A stretch of DNA of 64,000 nt from the NCBI GenBank assembly GCA_963774265.1, contig CAVZDU010000009.1:1-64000 (forward strand). Reading direction: 5' to 3'. Shown piece after piece: positions 11,390 through 21,653 of the stretch. The first letter of the stretch is position 1; the number at the start of each line of letters is the position of its first letter. Below the pieces are notes generated by a model, which saw only the letters and a program-made list of their open reading frames with translations, was not told the DNA's origin and searched no databases. The position numbers were made by a program, and so were the translations under genes. This stretch comes from an uncultured Chloroflexia bacterium (GTDB lineage Bacteria > Chloroflexota > Anaerolineae > CG2-30-64-16).

Positions 11390-13917
11390 GCTTCACCTCC
11401 ATCGCTGCCCGCCTGCGGTTCAAGATAGACGCGGCCCCGGTCGCCATCTACGGACACCAGTTGCCCTTCCCGGATCAGCCGGGTGGCGCCCTTGACGCCG
11501 ACAACGGCAGGAAGGCAGTACTCCCGCGCTACGATCGCCGCGTGCGATAATTGCCCACCCGTCTCCGCGATGATCCCACCGATACTCGAAAAGAGCGGTG
11601 TCCAACCGACGTCGCTGTAGGGGACGATCAGAATATCAGCTCGGCCCAAGACGGCGGGTGCCTCGGCCGGATCGTTGACCACGCGTGCCCGGCCTTGCGC
11701 CGTCCCTGCGCTCCCCGGGATTCCGCTCAGATAGGCGGCGGCCTGTGGTTCGGGCGTCGACGCGTGGCGGGCCTGGCAAAGATCGCCAGAGATCACGCTG
11801 GGTGGAGAGATCGACGCGTCCACCTCCATCTCGGCTCGCCGCTCGGCAACGCGCGCCCGGGCCTCACGCGCTGGCAGGCGCTCGCCTGCCAGCGTGTGCA
11901 TTTCATCGTAGGTGAGGAAGAACAGATCGTCGCGGGCGGCCAGGTCTCCCTGGGCGATGAACCGATCGGCGATGCTCAGGAAGATCCGCCGCATCTGATA
12001 CGAGTATTCCGATATCAGCAGGCCGACCGCTTCCCGCAACTCGATGGCCGCCACGTTCGACGCCAGCAGGCGCTCGAACACCAGACGTGCCGCCGGGCTC
12101 AAGCAAGTGCGAACGCGCCGGCGCGCTTCGGCGCGCGCGGCGGCCGCAACCTCGGACGATACAACGTCGAAACTTGCCGAAGCTCGGGCAACGGCACGCC
12201 AAATCAACGCCGGGTTTTCGGCCCACGTGCTGGCGGTGAAGTCGGAGCCGTTGCTGCTCAGGAAGCCGAAGCGCTCGAGGAAGGCGTCAACTTCGGCCAG
12301 CAGCACGCGCCCCGCCGCGGAAGCAGTCAGGCGATCCCGGAGCTCGTCCGGTTGGGCCACAGGCAGAACTTCTCGGAGATCAGATGGCAGTTGTCTGGCG
12401 AGCTCCGCCAACCTTCCGATCTCATGCAGCGGTTCCAGGCTCCGCAGGCCGGTCAAGCCCCGGATCAGGTCGTTGCACGAAACATCACCGGTCCGCGCCT
12501 TCACCCAACGGCGCAACAGCGCGTTGCGCACTGCCATGCCCATGGCACTCACAAAGAAGAGCCAATATGTGCTGTTCCGGGATGCCACCAGCTCATCAAG
12601 CTGGGCCAGCAGCTCGGCCAGAGGCGTCGCTGACCAATTGCGGCCGCGGTAGGGCCTCAGCACGGCTCGCCAGCGCGCCAACAGCTCAGCCTGGTGGCGC
12701 GGCAGCCGGCCGTGGCGGAACGCCAGGTGAGCCATCCGCATGATGGCGAGCAGCATTCGGGGCTCCATGCGCATCGTGTGCCGCTCGGCGCGCTCGGATC
12801 GCAGCATCATCTCCATGAAGTTGGGGGGCAGGCCGACGCGTGCCAGCAGCTCGCCCATCTGGGTCATGTCGGCATAGACGCGTGAGCAGATGCGTGGCGT
12901 CAGACTTGTGAAGTCGTAGTCGTTGGGGCCGATGAGATCGGTGAACAGCCGGCCGAACACCTCGCGTGCTACGGCATGGGTGTTGGTGCTGTAAACCATC
13001 GGCTTCACTAGGCCGGGCGCCATGTCGGCAGTCAGGCGATTGGAGTAGATATGCCGGCCGGCCAGAGAAGTGATCGGACGACACTGGAGGATGTAAAAAT
13101 CGGTCCCGTCGTACGCCCACTCGACATCCTGCGGGCGGCCAGCGCGGGAGTCCAGGTTGCGCACGGTCTCCGCCAGACGCAGGACTTGGGCCTCGCCCAG
13201 CACCGGCGTCTCCGGGTTGACGGGAACGGTCTCAGCTAGCACGCCGCGGCTGTCAACCACGTAACGGTCGGCTGCCACCCTGCCGCCCACCACGGCATCC
13301 CCGAGGCCGCGACCCGCCTCTATGATCACACAAAGCTCCCCCGAGACAGGGTCGGCGCTGAAGGCCACACCTGCGGCGGTTGCGGCAACCATCCGCTGCA
13401 CGACCACCGCCATCGCCGGCCCGTATGCGTCGTGCGCGACGCCGGCCTGCTGCCGGGCCAGGTACGCGGCTGCGCCGCCCTCAAATACTGATGCCCAGCA
13501 GGCGCGGACCGCGGCCAGCAGGGCTACCTCCCCCTCAACCTGGAGATAAGTGCTGAACTGGCCGGCAAATGAGGCGGCGCCCGCATCTTCGCCTTCCAAC
13601 GAGGAACGCACGGCCACCGGCCCTCCAAAACGCCGGTAAGCCCGGACGATGGCTCGTGCGATCGGAGGCGGAAAGGGAGCGGTTTCGACGGCACGACACA
13701 ACGCAGCCGCGTCATTTGCGTTCAACCTGCGCCAGTCGCGCCCCAGTTCCAGTACACCGGCAGCAAGGAAATCCTGGAACGCCTGCGTGGTGATGACAAA
13801 GCCAGCAGGCACGTTGACGTGTTGCCGATGCAACCAGGCCAGTCCAGCACCCTTGCCACCGGAAAGTGCCGGCTGTAGCGCGGCCCGATGGGCCAGATCA
13901 ACCACGTAGCGCGGCAT
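11377..13917 (-). CDS. PEP-synthase/rifampicin-phosphotransferase-like enzyme (ATP-grasp N-terminus, C-terminal His swivel domain)
   Basis: GGKG, VAVRSS..ED...SFAGQF, QDVEWA, ILQCRPIT; C-terminal GGQLSHAAIVAREY. Confidence 0.85.
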   Translation of the reverse strand: MPRYVVDLAHRAALQPALSGGKGAGLAWLHRQHVNVPAGFVITTQAFQDFLAAGVLELGRDWRRLNANDAAALCRAVETAPFPPPIARAIVRAYRRFGGPVAVRSSLEGEDAGAASFAGQFSTYLQVEGEVALLAAVRACWASVFEGGAAAYLARQQAGVAHDAYGPAMAVVVQRMVAATAAGVAFSADPVSGELCVIIEAGRGLGDAVVGGRVAADRYVVDSRGVLAETVPVNPETPVLGEAQVLRLAETVRNLDSRAGRPQDVEWAYDGTDFYILQCRPITSLAGRHIYSNRLTADMAPGLVKPMVYSTNTHAVAREVFGRLFTDLIGPNDYDFTSLTPRICSRVYADMTQMGELLARVGLPPNFMEMMLRSERAERHTMRMEPRMLLAIMRMAHLAFRHGRLPRHQAELLARWRAVLRPYRGRNWSATPLAELLAQLDELVASRNSTYWLFFVSAMGMAVRNALLRRWVKARTGDVSCNDLIRGLTGLRSLEPLHEIGRLAELARQLPSDLREVLPVAQPDELRDRLTASAAGRVLLAEVDAFLERFGFLSSNGSDFTASTWAENPALIWRAVARASASFDVVSSEVAAAARAEARRRVRTCLSPAARLVFERLLASNVAAIELREAVGLLISEYSYQMRRIFLSIADRFIAQGDLAARDDLFFLTYDEMHTLAGERLPAREARARVAERRAEMEVDASISPPSVISGDLCQARHASTPEPQAAAYLSGIPGSAGTAQGRARVVNDPAEAPAVLGRADILIVPYSDVGWTPLFSSIGGIIAETGGQLSHAAIVAREYCLPAVVGVKGATRLIREGQLVSVDGDRGRVYLEPQAGSDGGEAWNR

Positions 13918-14025
13918 GGAGACCTCCTGAAGAACACTTGACTGGCAGCGTCCAATGGGCTAGCGGAGGAGGCAGATCCCTATCTCACGACGAGCCCCAC
14001 GATGACTCCGACTGATGAGACATAT

Positions 14026-16647
14026 CTACTCAAACTGGATAGCCTCGATGATCCGGACGCGCGCCGCGCGGCGAGCCGGCCAAAGGGCAGCCAGTTGAGA
14101 GACGATCAGCGCGATGACCAGGCTGACAACCACTCCCCCCACCGGCAGCGTGAACTCAAGCCGCAGGCCGGCCATGCGGTTCATGCTGCTCAACACCGTG
14201 CGCGACATCAGGACGCCGAACAAAATCCCCAGGACTCCTCCCACGATGCCCATCATCCCGGCTTCGGCCAGGATCATCTTGGCAATCTGGCGGCGGGTCA
14301 TGCCCAGGCTTCGGAGCATCCCGATCTCGCGCGTGCGCTCCACCACGTTCATCGTGAGGGTGTTGATGACACCCAGCGCGGCGACGATCATGGTGATAAC
14401 GGACATCACATCGAAAAGGCTGGTCGTCTGAGAGATCAGGCCCATGGCACGGGAACGAATGGCCTCGTTGGACTCGATCGTAAGGCGCTGCCTGTGCCCG
14501 TATAGCTGATCGATGCGCTCTCGCACCTGTTGCGGCGACTGTCCCGGTTCCACCTTCAGGAAGAACGCGCTCACGTCGTTGATACTGAAGTAGCGGCGCA
14601 GATCCTTCCAACTCCCCAGGACCACAAGGCCCTGATTGTTGAAGTCCACCACCACTGCGGCGATCTCGAAGTCCTGCTCTCCCCGCCGCGTGGCCAACCG
14701 GATTGTATCGCCCGCCTTCAGACCGTACTTCTCCGACAATACACTGGAGACAAACACCGTATTGCCTTCTGCCAGGCGATTCGCCAGCTCGGTTGGATCA
14801 CCCTGCTCGCCGCTGAAAACGAAAGAAGTCACCTCGCGATAGGAAACCGGGTCCACCGCCATGAAGCTCAGCCGTTCGTCGGCTTCACCCGGACGGATGC
14901 GCCTGACATCCAGGTAGCGGATCGGGGTCACGGCTGCCACGCCGTCCACCACTGCCAGCCGCCGCGCAAGGTCGGCATCCATATTGAGGGATGAGTGCAC
15001 GTAGACGTCCCCGCCGATGTACTTCTGGATCCAGGAGCCAATGTCCTGGCTGAACGCCGCCGTGATGGCCCGGATGCTCAGCACCATGGCAACGCCGGTC
15101 ATCAATGCGGCAACCGTCAGGGCCGTACGCAGACGCGCCCGTTGAACGTTGCGGCTGCCAAGTTGGCCCTCGGCGCCGTAGATGCGATGCAGACCCGGTC
15201 GCAGGGTGCGCTCGGCGACGCTGACAACCGCGGGAACCAGCAACGTACCGCCAAGAAACAGGTTCATGACCATCATGTCGCGCATCTGCTCCTGCACGGG
15301 CAGCGGGAAAGGCGCAGTCATCAACAAAAGCACCGAGATAGCCAGAAGGATCGTCCCAGCCAGCCAACCGCGCCGGACGAACCACCCCTCTCGGGTGTTG
15401 CCGCGTACGCGCAGGGCTTCCAATGGTGAGACCCGGCCGGCTTGCCAGGCTGGGATGGCCGCGGCGACGAGGGTAACGCTCACGCCGACAAACAGGGCAA
15501 TAACAATCCCTGACATGGGAACGCGCACTGTCCCCACATTTTGGGCAACGACCAGCTCCATGACCCGGATCAGCCCCCTGGAAAGCAGGATGCCTGCCCC
15601 GATGCCCAGAAGCGAACCGGCCACGCCGATCATGGCAGCTTCGGCGAGAATCTGCTGTAGAATCTGGCGTCGCGTCATCCCGAGGGTGCGCAGCATGCCG
15701 ATCTCGCGCGTGCGCTCAACCACGGTCATCGAAAAGGCGTTGTAGACCAGGAACCCGCCGACGAAAATGGCGATCGCACTGAACATGTTCAGCCCCATCT
15801 GGTAGCCGCTGAGCATCTGCGAGACACGTTGGCCTTGAGCCGCCGGGTAGGTGACGGTGTAATCGGAACCCAGGCGTTCCTGTAGCGCACCCTTCAACGC
15901 TTCCAACGCCGCGCCGGCTGAGGCCTGAGGCTGGACCACAACATCTATCTGATCCAGGTTCCCGGCACGCAGGAATACCTCCTGCGCTGTCTCCAGGGGA
16001 ATCGCCGCGAACGCACCGTTGTTGAGAAGACCTGGCCCATCCCTATCAATAAGGCCCACAACATCGAAACCGACAGTCCCGCTAGGGGTGATAAACGTCA
16101 CCTCGCTGCCCAGCCGGATCTCCTTCTCGTCGGCAAAGTCCTTGACCAGCAGGATATCGTAGGCGGCCCGGTCCGACGACAGGAATTCCCCTTCAAGGAG
16201 CTTGTAGTCACGGGCCAGGACATCCAGCTTGGGATCGATGCCGTAGATCAGCATGCCCCCAGACGCCGCACCGAGCATGCTGAGCTCCATCTGCGCCGGG
16301 GCGTCTTCATCGACCAGAGGCGCCTGACCGCGCACGACAGGCACGAGCGCTGCCACGCCAGCAACCGCTGATATTCGGTCCAGCGCGCCCTCAGTGAACC
16401 CTTGGGCATCTGCGTCCAAAAGGGTGACCGTCAGATGAGCCTTACCGGAGGCCTGGCTGAAGACATTGGTAAGGGCTGCCAAAGTGCTGACGTTGGTCGT
16501 GCTGATCGCCAGGATGACCGCCACCCCGAGGATAACGCCACAGGCCGTCAAGACGGTGCGCAGCGGCCGTGATCGCATCGAACCCAAGGCAAGCGATACG
16601 ACAAGCCTCAAACCGGCGAATTGGCGGCGGGGATGCAGTGCAGCCAT
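14026..16647 (-). CDS. ABC transporter permease, duplicated MacB-PCD/FtsX architecture
   Basis: Two 'VVERTREIGMLR(T/S)LGMTRRQI' FtsX motifs. Confidence 0.88.
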   Translation of the reverse strand: MAALHPRRQFAGLRLVVSLALGSMRSRPLRTVLTACGVILGVAVILAISTTNVSTLAALTNVFSQASGKAHLTVTLLDADAQGFTEGALDRISAVAGVAALVPVVRGQAPLVDEDAPAQMELSMLGAASGGMLIYGIDPKLDVLARDYKLLEGEFLSSDRAAYDILLVKDFADEKEIRLGSEVTFITPSGTVGFDVVGLIDRDGPGLLNNGAFAAIPLETAQEVFLRAGNLDQIDVVVQPQASAGAALEALKGALQERLGSDYTVTYPAAQGQRVSQMLSGYQMGLNMFSAIAIFVGGFLVYNAFSMTVVERTREIGMLRTLGMTRRQILQQILAEAAMIGVAGSLLGIGAGILLSRGLIRVMELVVAQNVGTVRVPMSGIVIALFVGVSVTLVAAAIPAWQAGRVSPLEALRVRGNTREGWFVRRGWLAGTILLAISVLLLMTAPFPLPVQEQMRDMMVMNLFLGGTLLVPAVVSVAERTLRPGLHRIYGAEGQLGSRNVQRARLRTALTVAALMTGVAMVLSIRAITAAFSQDIGSWIQKYIGGDVYVHSSLNMDADLARRLAVVDGVAAVTPIRYLDVRRIRPGEADERLSFMAVDPVSYREVTSFVFSGEQGDPTELANRLAEGNTVFVSSVLSEKYGLKAGDTIRLATRRGEQDFEIAAVVVDFNNQGLVVLGSWKDLRRYFSINDVSAFFLKVEPGQSPQQVRERIDQLYGHRQRLTIESNEAIRSRAMGLISQTTSLFDVMSVITMIVAALGVINTLTMNVVERTREIGMLRSLGMTRRQIAKMILAEAGMMGIVGGVLGILFGVLMSRTVLSSMNRMAGLRLEFTLPVGGVVVSLVIALIVSQLAALWPARRAARVRIIEAIQFE

Positions 16648-16664
16648 TGCGAGCTGTCTACTTC

Positions 16665-16865
16665 CTACACGATGTCGATTGCTGTACGCAGGCGCTGGCT
16701 TATGCCCTGCTCGGCGTCAAGGATGATATCGCGGCTGATGGACCCATCGGACAGAAACAAGACGTCGCCACGCTGCAGGGCGGAGCCAACTCCTGCCTGC
16801 GCGTGTACGGGCTGATCACCCGGCCCGTACTGCTTCCGAAGCTGCGCAGCCTCCAAAATGACCAC
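16665..16865 (-). pseudogene. Remnant of a LolD/MacB-type ABC ATPase with a large internal deletion
   Basis: N-terminal 'ILEAAQLRKQYG..VHA..GV' joined to C-terminal 'VLFLSDGSI'; no Walker A/B; directly upstream of the permease. Confidence 0.65.
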
Positions 16866-17141
16866 TTATCTCTCCACAAGGATATGGGGATGGAAAAAAT
16901 CATATATTGAGCGGCGGGGCTTGTCAAATCTTGCATCCCTTAAGTGAGAAAAGTCACTAATTCTCGTGAAGCGCCGGTTTCCGGGTCGCAAGCCAATATG
17001 ATGTTTTTTCAGTGCCTACAATCGAGATGACACCGGTCGCTGGCGTGCGTGCCGGCGCGGGTCAAGCAGACGCATCGATCGGCATCAGAGGGCCTGTGGG
17101 ATCTCGCCGACCTTTTTATTATACAAACATGAATCATAATA

Positions 17142-17170
17142 TTGACAAACATTCGATTTCGTGGTAATCT
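17142..17170 (+). promoter_or_regulatory. Sigma70-type promoter of the selenoprotein gene
   Basis: TTGACA-17 nt-TAATCT with an extended TG. Confidence 0.55.
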
Positions 17171-17231
17171 AATGCCAATGAGTGTGTTCACGGGTAATCA
17201 TTGGCTCTGCGATGTGAAGAGGAGAACAAAT

Positions 17232-17723
17232 ATGCCACGCGTATCCCTTAACCAAATTGCACCCGACTTCTGCCTGGTCGACTATGGCAACCGGCCGGTC
17301 AGCCTGGCGGACTTCCGCGGCAAGAAGAACGTTTTGCTGGTCTTCAACCGCACCTTTACCTGACCGTTCTGCCGCGCGCATATGGCGCAGTTGCGCCAAG
17401 ATTATTCCCAGTTCCTCGCCCGAGATATCGAAGTCGTTGTGGTCGGCCCCGAAGACGCCAGGGCTTTCGCCGACTACTTTCGCAAGGAGTCGCTGCCTTT
17501 CATCGGCCTGCCCGATCCCAAGGCCAGCGTACTCAAGCTGTATGGGCAGGAGGTGAACCTGTTCAAGCTGGGGCGTATGCCGGCTCAGGTGCTCATCGAC
17601 AAGGCGGGTGTTGCCCGTTACGTCCACTATGGACATGCCATGAGCGACATCCCCAACAACGAAGAACTGCTGGCCTTGGGCGAGGAGATCAACGCCTCTG
17701 TCGGTGCAGCCACGACGGCTTAG
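17232..17723 (+). CDS. AhpC/TSA peroxiredoxin-like selenoprotein (Sec at TGA 17361-17363, UxxC)
   Basis: ORFs 17142-17363 and 17382-17723 share a frame; read-through gives APDF..SLADFRGKKNVLLVFNRTFT-U-PFC. Confidence 0.82.
17383..17398 (+). promoter_or_regulatory. Candidate bacterial SECIS hairpin
   Basis: tggcgca-gt-tgcgcca perfect stem; loop G 27 nt after the UGA. Confidence 0.6.
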
Positions 17724-17847
17724 TCATCCGCCAAATGAGCCACTGATGCGCCGGTTGCCGCTTCGATCCGCACGTGCGAACCGTCCCCGGCGCACACCCC
17801 CACGACTTCCTCTTGCCGAATTGGGATGCAGCTTACTTCGCAAACAT

Positions 17848-17880
17848 TATACATAGTCTATACATAGATTATAAATCGGT
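17848..17880 (+). promoter_or_regulatory. Three direct repeats with 11-bp period upstream of the fasciclin gene
   Basis: TATACATAGTC TATACATAGAT TATAAATCGGT. Confidence 0.5.
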
Positions 17881-17933
17881 GACGTGATTGTGCCAGAGGA
17901 AAACAATACGATTACATGAGGAGAGATACGATC

Positions 17934-19073
17934 ATGACAGTGAAGCGAAGTGGTGCACGAGTGCTGTTCCTGGCCCTGGTGGCGGTCCTGCTATTGAGCC
18001 TACCCCTGGCGGCGGGCGCGGCAACGACAAACGGTATTACCAGCCCAAAGGATGGGGCTACGGTGAGTGGTCAAGTCGAGGTAAAGGGTTACGCGAGCGA
18101 TCCGAGCTTCAGTAAATGGCAGTTGGATCTACTGCCGGGCGGCGACTCCAATGCGGCGATCTTCCTCGCGTTGGGCGAGCAATCGGGCGAGTTCAGCTAC
18201 ACCCTGGACACTGTGGGCCTCCCGAACGGCGATCACGCCTTCCGGCTCCGTGTGGTGCGGGCCGATGGCAACTACGACGAATACGTCAGCAAGTTCACCA
18301 TCGCCAACGGCGAGGTCAGAACTGCAGCTCCTGCTGCCACCCCGGCTGTGGCCAAAGACATCGTAGCAACGGCGGTCGGTGCAGGCCAGTTCAAGACGCT
18401 GGTAGCCGCGGTCCAGGCGGCCGGCCTGGTTGAGGCGCTACAGGGCAAGGGCCCATTCACGGTTTTCGCCCCGACCGATGAGGCGTTTGCGAAGCTGCCG
18501 GCGGGCACGGTGGAAGCACTGTTGAAGGACCCGAAGGCGCTTGGTAACATCTTGCTGTACCACGTGGTTCCTGGTGAGGTGAAGGCGGCGGCTGTGAAGG
18601 ACGGTCTCACTGCCAAGACCCTTCAAGGATCGGCCGTCACTTTCAAGGTGATGGACGGTAAGGCGATGATTGATGGCGCCAACATCGTTGCTACCGACGT
18701 GATGGCTTCCAACGGTGTGATCCATGTTATCGACGCCGTGATTCTGCCCCCGGCAGCGCCGGCTGCGGCGCCAGCGGCTCAAATGGCCAACGGCTTTAGC
18801 GCTCCGAGGGACGGTGCAACGGTTTCCGGCAAGGTGGAAATCAAGGGTTACGCAAGCGATCCGAGCTTCAATAAATGGCAGTTGGATCTGTTGCCGGGCG
18901 GCGACTCCAATGCGGCGATCTTCCTCGCGCTGGGCGAAACGGCAGGCGAGTTCAGCTACACCCTGGACACAATGGGTCTCCCGAACGGCGAGCATGCCTT
19001 CCGGCTCCGTATGGTGCGGGCCGATAGCAACTACGACGAATACGTCAGCAAGTTCACTATCGCCAACAAGTAA
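17934..19073 (+). CDS. Secreted fasciclin (FAS1) protein flanked by two near-identical Ig-like domains
   Basis: Signal peptide; [31 protein letters not shown]; ~93-aa domain duplicated at both ends. Confidence 0.88.
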   Translation: MTVKRSGARVLFLALVAVLLLSLPLAAGAATTNGITSPKDGATVSGQVEVKGYASDPSFSKWQLDLLPGGDSNAAIFLALGEQSGEFSYTLDTVGLPNGDHAFRLRVVRADGNYDEYVSKFTIANGEVRTAAPAATPAVAKDIVATAVGAGQFKTLVAAVQAAGLVEALQGKGPFTVFAPTDEAFAKLPAGTVEALLKDPKALGNILLYHVVPGEVKAAAVKDGLTAKTLQGSAVTFKVMDGKAMIDGANIVATDVMASNGVIHVIDAVILPPAAPAAAPAAQMANGFSAPRDGATVSGKVEIKGYASDPSFNKWQLDLLPGGDSNAAIFLALGETAGEFSYTLDTMGLPNGEHAFRLRMVRADSNYDEYVSKFTIANK

Positions 19074-19096
19074 CAACTGATGTAGCTTTCTGATCG

Positions 19097-19134
19097 CAGA
19101 TGCGGAGCGCCCAAGCGCTTCGCATCTGTGGTTT
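19097..19134 (+). terminator. Probable intrinsic terminator
   Basis: cagatgcggagcgc-ccaa-gcgcttcgcatctg followed by a short T run. Confidence 0.55.
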
Positions 19135-19289
19135 GGGGATCAGAGCGGCGGGCGACCGCGAGGTCGGCGCCGATGCCGCTGAAGTACAGCCAGGGGTGTC
19201 AACATAACCACTGCGCCAGGTGCTTGCCCAACCTCCTGATCTGATATATAATCGGCTATACTGAGTTCCGCTGAAAGGAGTTCCGAGCC

Positions 19290-20656
19290 ATGAGGAAGTC
19301 CACAAGAACCATGAAGTCACTGCTTTGCGTGTTGGCGGCCTTCATCCTGCTGGCCGCTTGTGCGCCGATCCCCGTTGCGCCGGCTCAGCCTGCGGCGACC
19401 GCGCAACCCGCCGGCCGCACCAGCCGAGGCCGCGCCAGCCGAGGCTGGCAAGATCATCCTGCGCGTCGGCACCGGCGACAGCGGCGAGGGCCTTACGCCC
19501 CACCAGGAAATCATCAGCCGGTTCGAGAAGGCCAATCCCGATATCCTGGTGCAGCTTGAAGCCGTGTCCGGCAACGACTACTACACCCGTCTGCTGACCC
19601 AGATCGCGGCCAAGCGGCCGCCGGACATCATGCAGATCGGCGATGATGCGGTGCCCATGTTCGTGGACAAGGGCGCGTTCCTGCCATTGGACGACTTTAT
19701 CAAGGGCCAGGACGGCCTGGACATCGGCATCTACCTGCCCGGTCTGACGGACCCCGGCCGGTGGAACGGCAAGCAGTATCTGATGCCAAAGGACTACTCA
19801 CCGCTGGGCGTCTACTTCAACAAGAAGATCTTCGATCAGTTCAAGGTGCCGTACCCGCAAGACGGATGGACCTGGGACGACCTGCTGGCCACAGCCAAGG
19901 CGCTGACCCAGGACACCAACGGCGACGGCAAGACCGATGTCTGGGGCATTCAGCTCCCGGCGACGTGGACCTCCGGTTTCGAGTACTGGGTGGCGGCAGC
20001 AGGCGGCCGGCTGATCAGCGAGGACGGCAAGCAGTTCGTGGGCTACATGGACTCGCCTGAGGTGCAGTCCGCGCTGAAGTTCTACGCCGATCTGTACAAC
20101 GTGCACAAGGTGGCCCCGCCCGCGGCCGATCTGGCCATGTTCGGCGGCGGCAACACCGAGTTCGACCAGGGCAAGGCCGCCATGCGCATCTTTGGGCGCT
20201 GGCCTCAGGCCGGCTACAAGACGAACCCCAACATCGACCTGGGCGTGGTCGGGACCACCGGCAGGCAAGGTGCGGGCCAATGTGCTGTTCTGGGGCGGCT
20301 TCGGCATCGCGGCGACCACCGAGAATCCCGACGCGGCCTGGCGCTTCCTGAAGTTCTACACCGGCACGGAGGGCGCCGAGGTATGGAAAGACTGGGCGCT
20401 GCCAGGTGTCAAGTCGGTGGCCGAATCCTCGGGGCTGAGCAAAGATCCCATCGAAGGCGTCTGGATCGGCGAGTTGTCGCACCTGGCGCCGCGCGCCTAC
20501 GTCTCCACCCCCTACTGGGGCCAGACGGCCGATCCCGCGCTGCGCAAGGCGCTGGAAACCGTGCTCATCGACCCCAACGCCGATGTGGCCGCAGTGCTGA
20601 AGACCGCTGCCGCCGAGGCCCAGAAGGCGCTGGACGAGCAGTTGGCGCAGAAGTAG
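19290..20656 (+). CDS. Sugar ABC transporter substrate-binding lipoprotein (frameshifts ~19410, ~20255)
   Basis: LAAC lipobox, FEKANPDI, YFNKKIFD, WTWDDLL. Confidence 0.85.
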
Positions 20657-20720
20657 GCTCGCTATCAGCAGACTGGTCGTTTGGCGAGACGATAGACTGT
20701 GACAAGGCTAGACCGGCAGG

Positions 20721-21653
20721 TTGGCAGAGGCTAACCTGCTAGTCTACCCGCCGACCCCTTTACCGCGTATGTCATCACACCGTCGCGAAGCCATCACCTT
20801 CTACCTGACCATCTCGCCGTGGCTGATCGGGTTCCTGGCATTCACACTCGCGCCAATGGTGATTGCGCTCTACCTGGGTTTCACCCGCTGGGATCTGTTC
20901 GGCGCGCCGCAGTGGATCGGCCTCGACAACTACGCCCGCATGGCGCGCGACCCGCTCTTCGCGCAGGCACTGAAGGTCACGACGATCTACACCCTGGTCT
21001 ACGTGCCGATGGAGATGATCGGCGGGATCAGCCTGGCGCTGCTGGTCAATCAGAAGGTGCGCGGGGTGGGCGTCTTCCGCACGATCTTCTACCTGCCGTC
21101 GGTGCTGGCCGGCGTGGCCTACGTGGTGCTGTGGATGTGGATCTTCAATCCCCAGGGTGGGTTGCTCAACACGCTCCTGGGAGCCATCGGCATCCAGGGC
21201 CCGCGCTGGCTGATCGACCCCCAATGGGCGTTGCCCTCGCTGCTGCTGATGACGTTCTGGGGCTGGGGCCGCGCGATGGTGATTTACCTGGCCGGTCTGC
21301 AGGGGGTGCCGCCGGAGCTGTACGAGGCCGCGGCCATCGACGGCGCGGGGGCTGTCGCCAAGTTCCGGCGCATCACCGTGCCCATGATCACGCCGACGAT
21401 CCTGTTTGCCCTGATCCTGAGCATCATCAGCACGTTTCAGACCTTCACCAGCGCGTTCGTCGCCACCAACGGCGGCCCGCTGGATGCAACACTGTTCTAT
21501 GTGCTCTATATCTACCGTCAGGCGTTCCAGTTCTTTCGCATGGGCTACGCCGCCGCGCTGGCCTGGGTGTTGTTCGCGATCATCATGGCCCTGACGTTGG
21601 TGCTGTTTCGCAGCGGACAGTTTTGGGTGTACTACGAGGGGAAGCGGGAATGA
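20721..21653 (+). CDS. Carbohydrate ABC transporter permease
   Basis: YLAGLQGVPPELYEAAAIDGAG EAA motif. Confidence 0.92.
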   Translation: MAEANLLVYPPTPLPRMSSHRREAITFYLTISPWLIGFLAFTLAPMVIALYLGFTRWDLFGAPQWIGLDNYARMARDPLFAQALKVTTIYTLVYVPMEMIGGISLALLVNQKVRGVGVFRTIFYLPSVLAGVAYVVLWMWIFNPQGGLLNTLLGAIGIQGPRWLIDPQWALPSLLLMTFWGWGRAMVIYLAGLQGVPPELYEAAAIDGAGAVAKFRRITVPMITPTILFALILSIISTFQTFTSAFVATNGGPLDATLFYVLYIYRQAFQFFRMGYAAALAWVLFAIIMALTLVLFRSGQFWVYYEGKRE

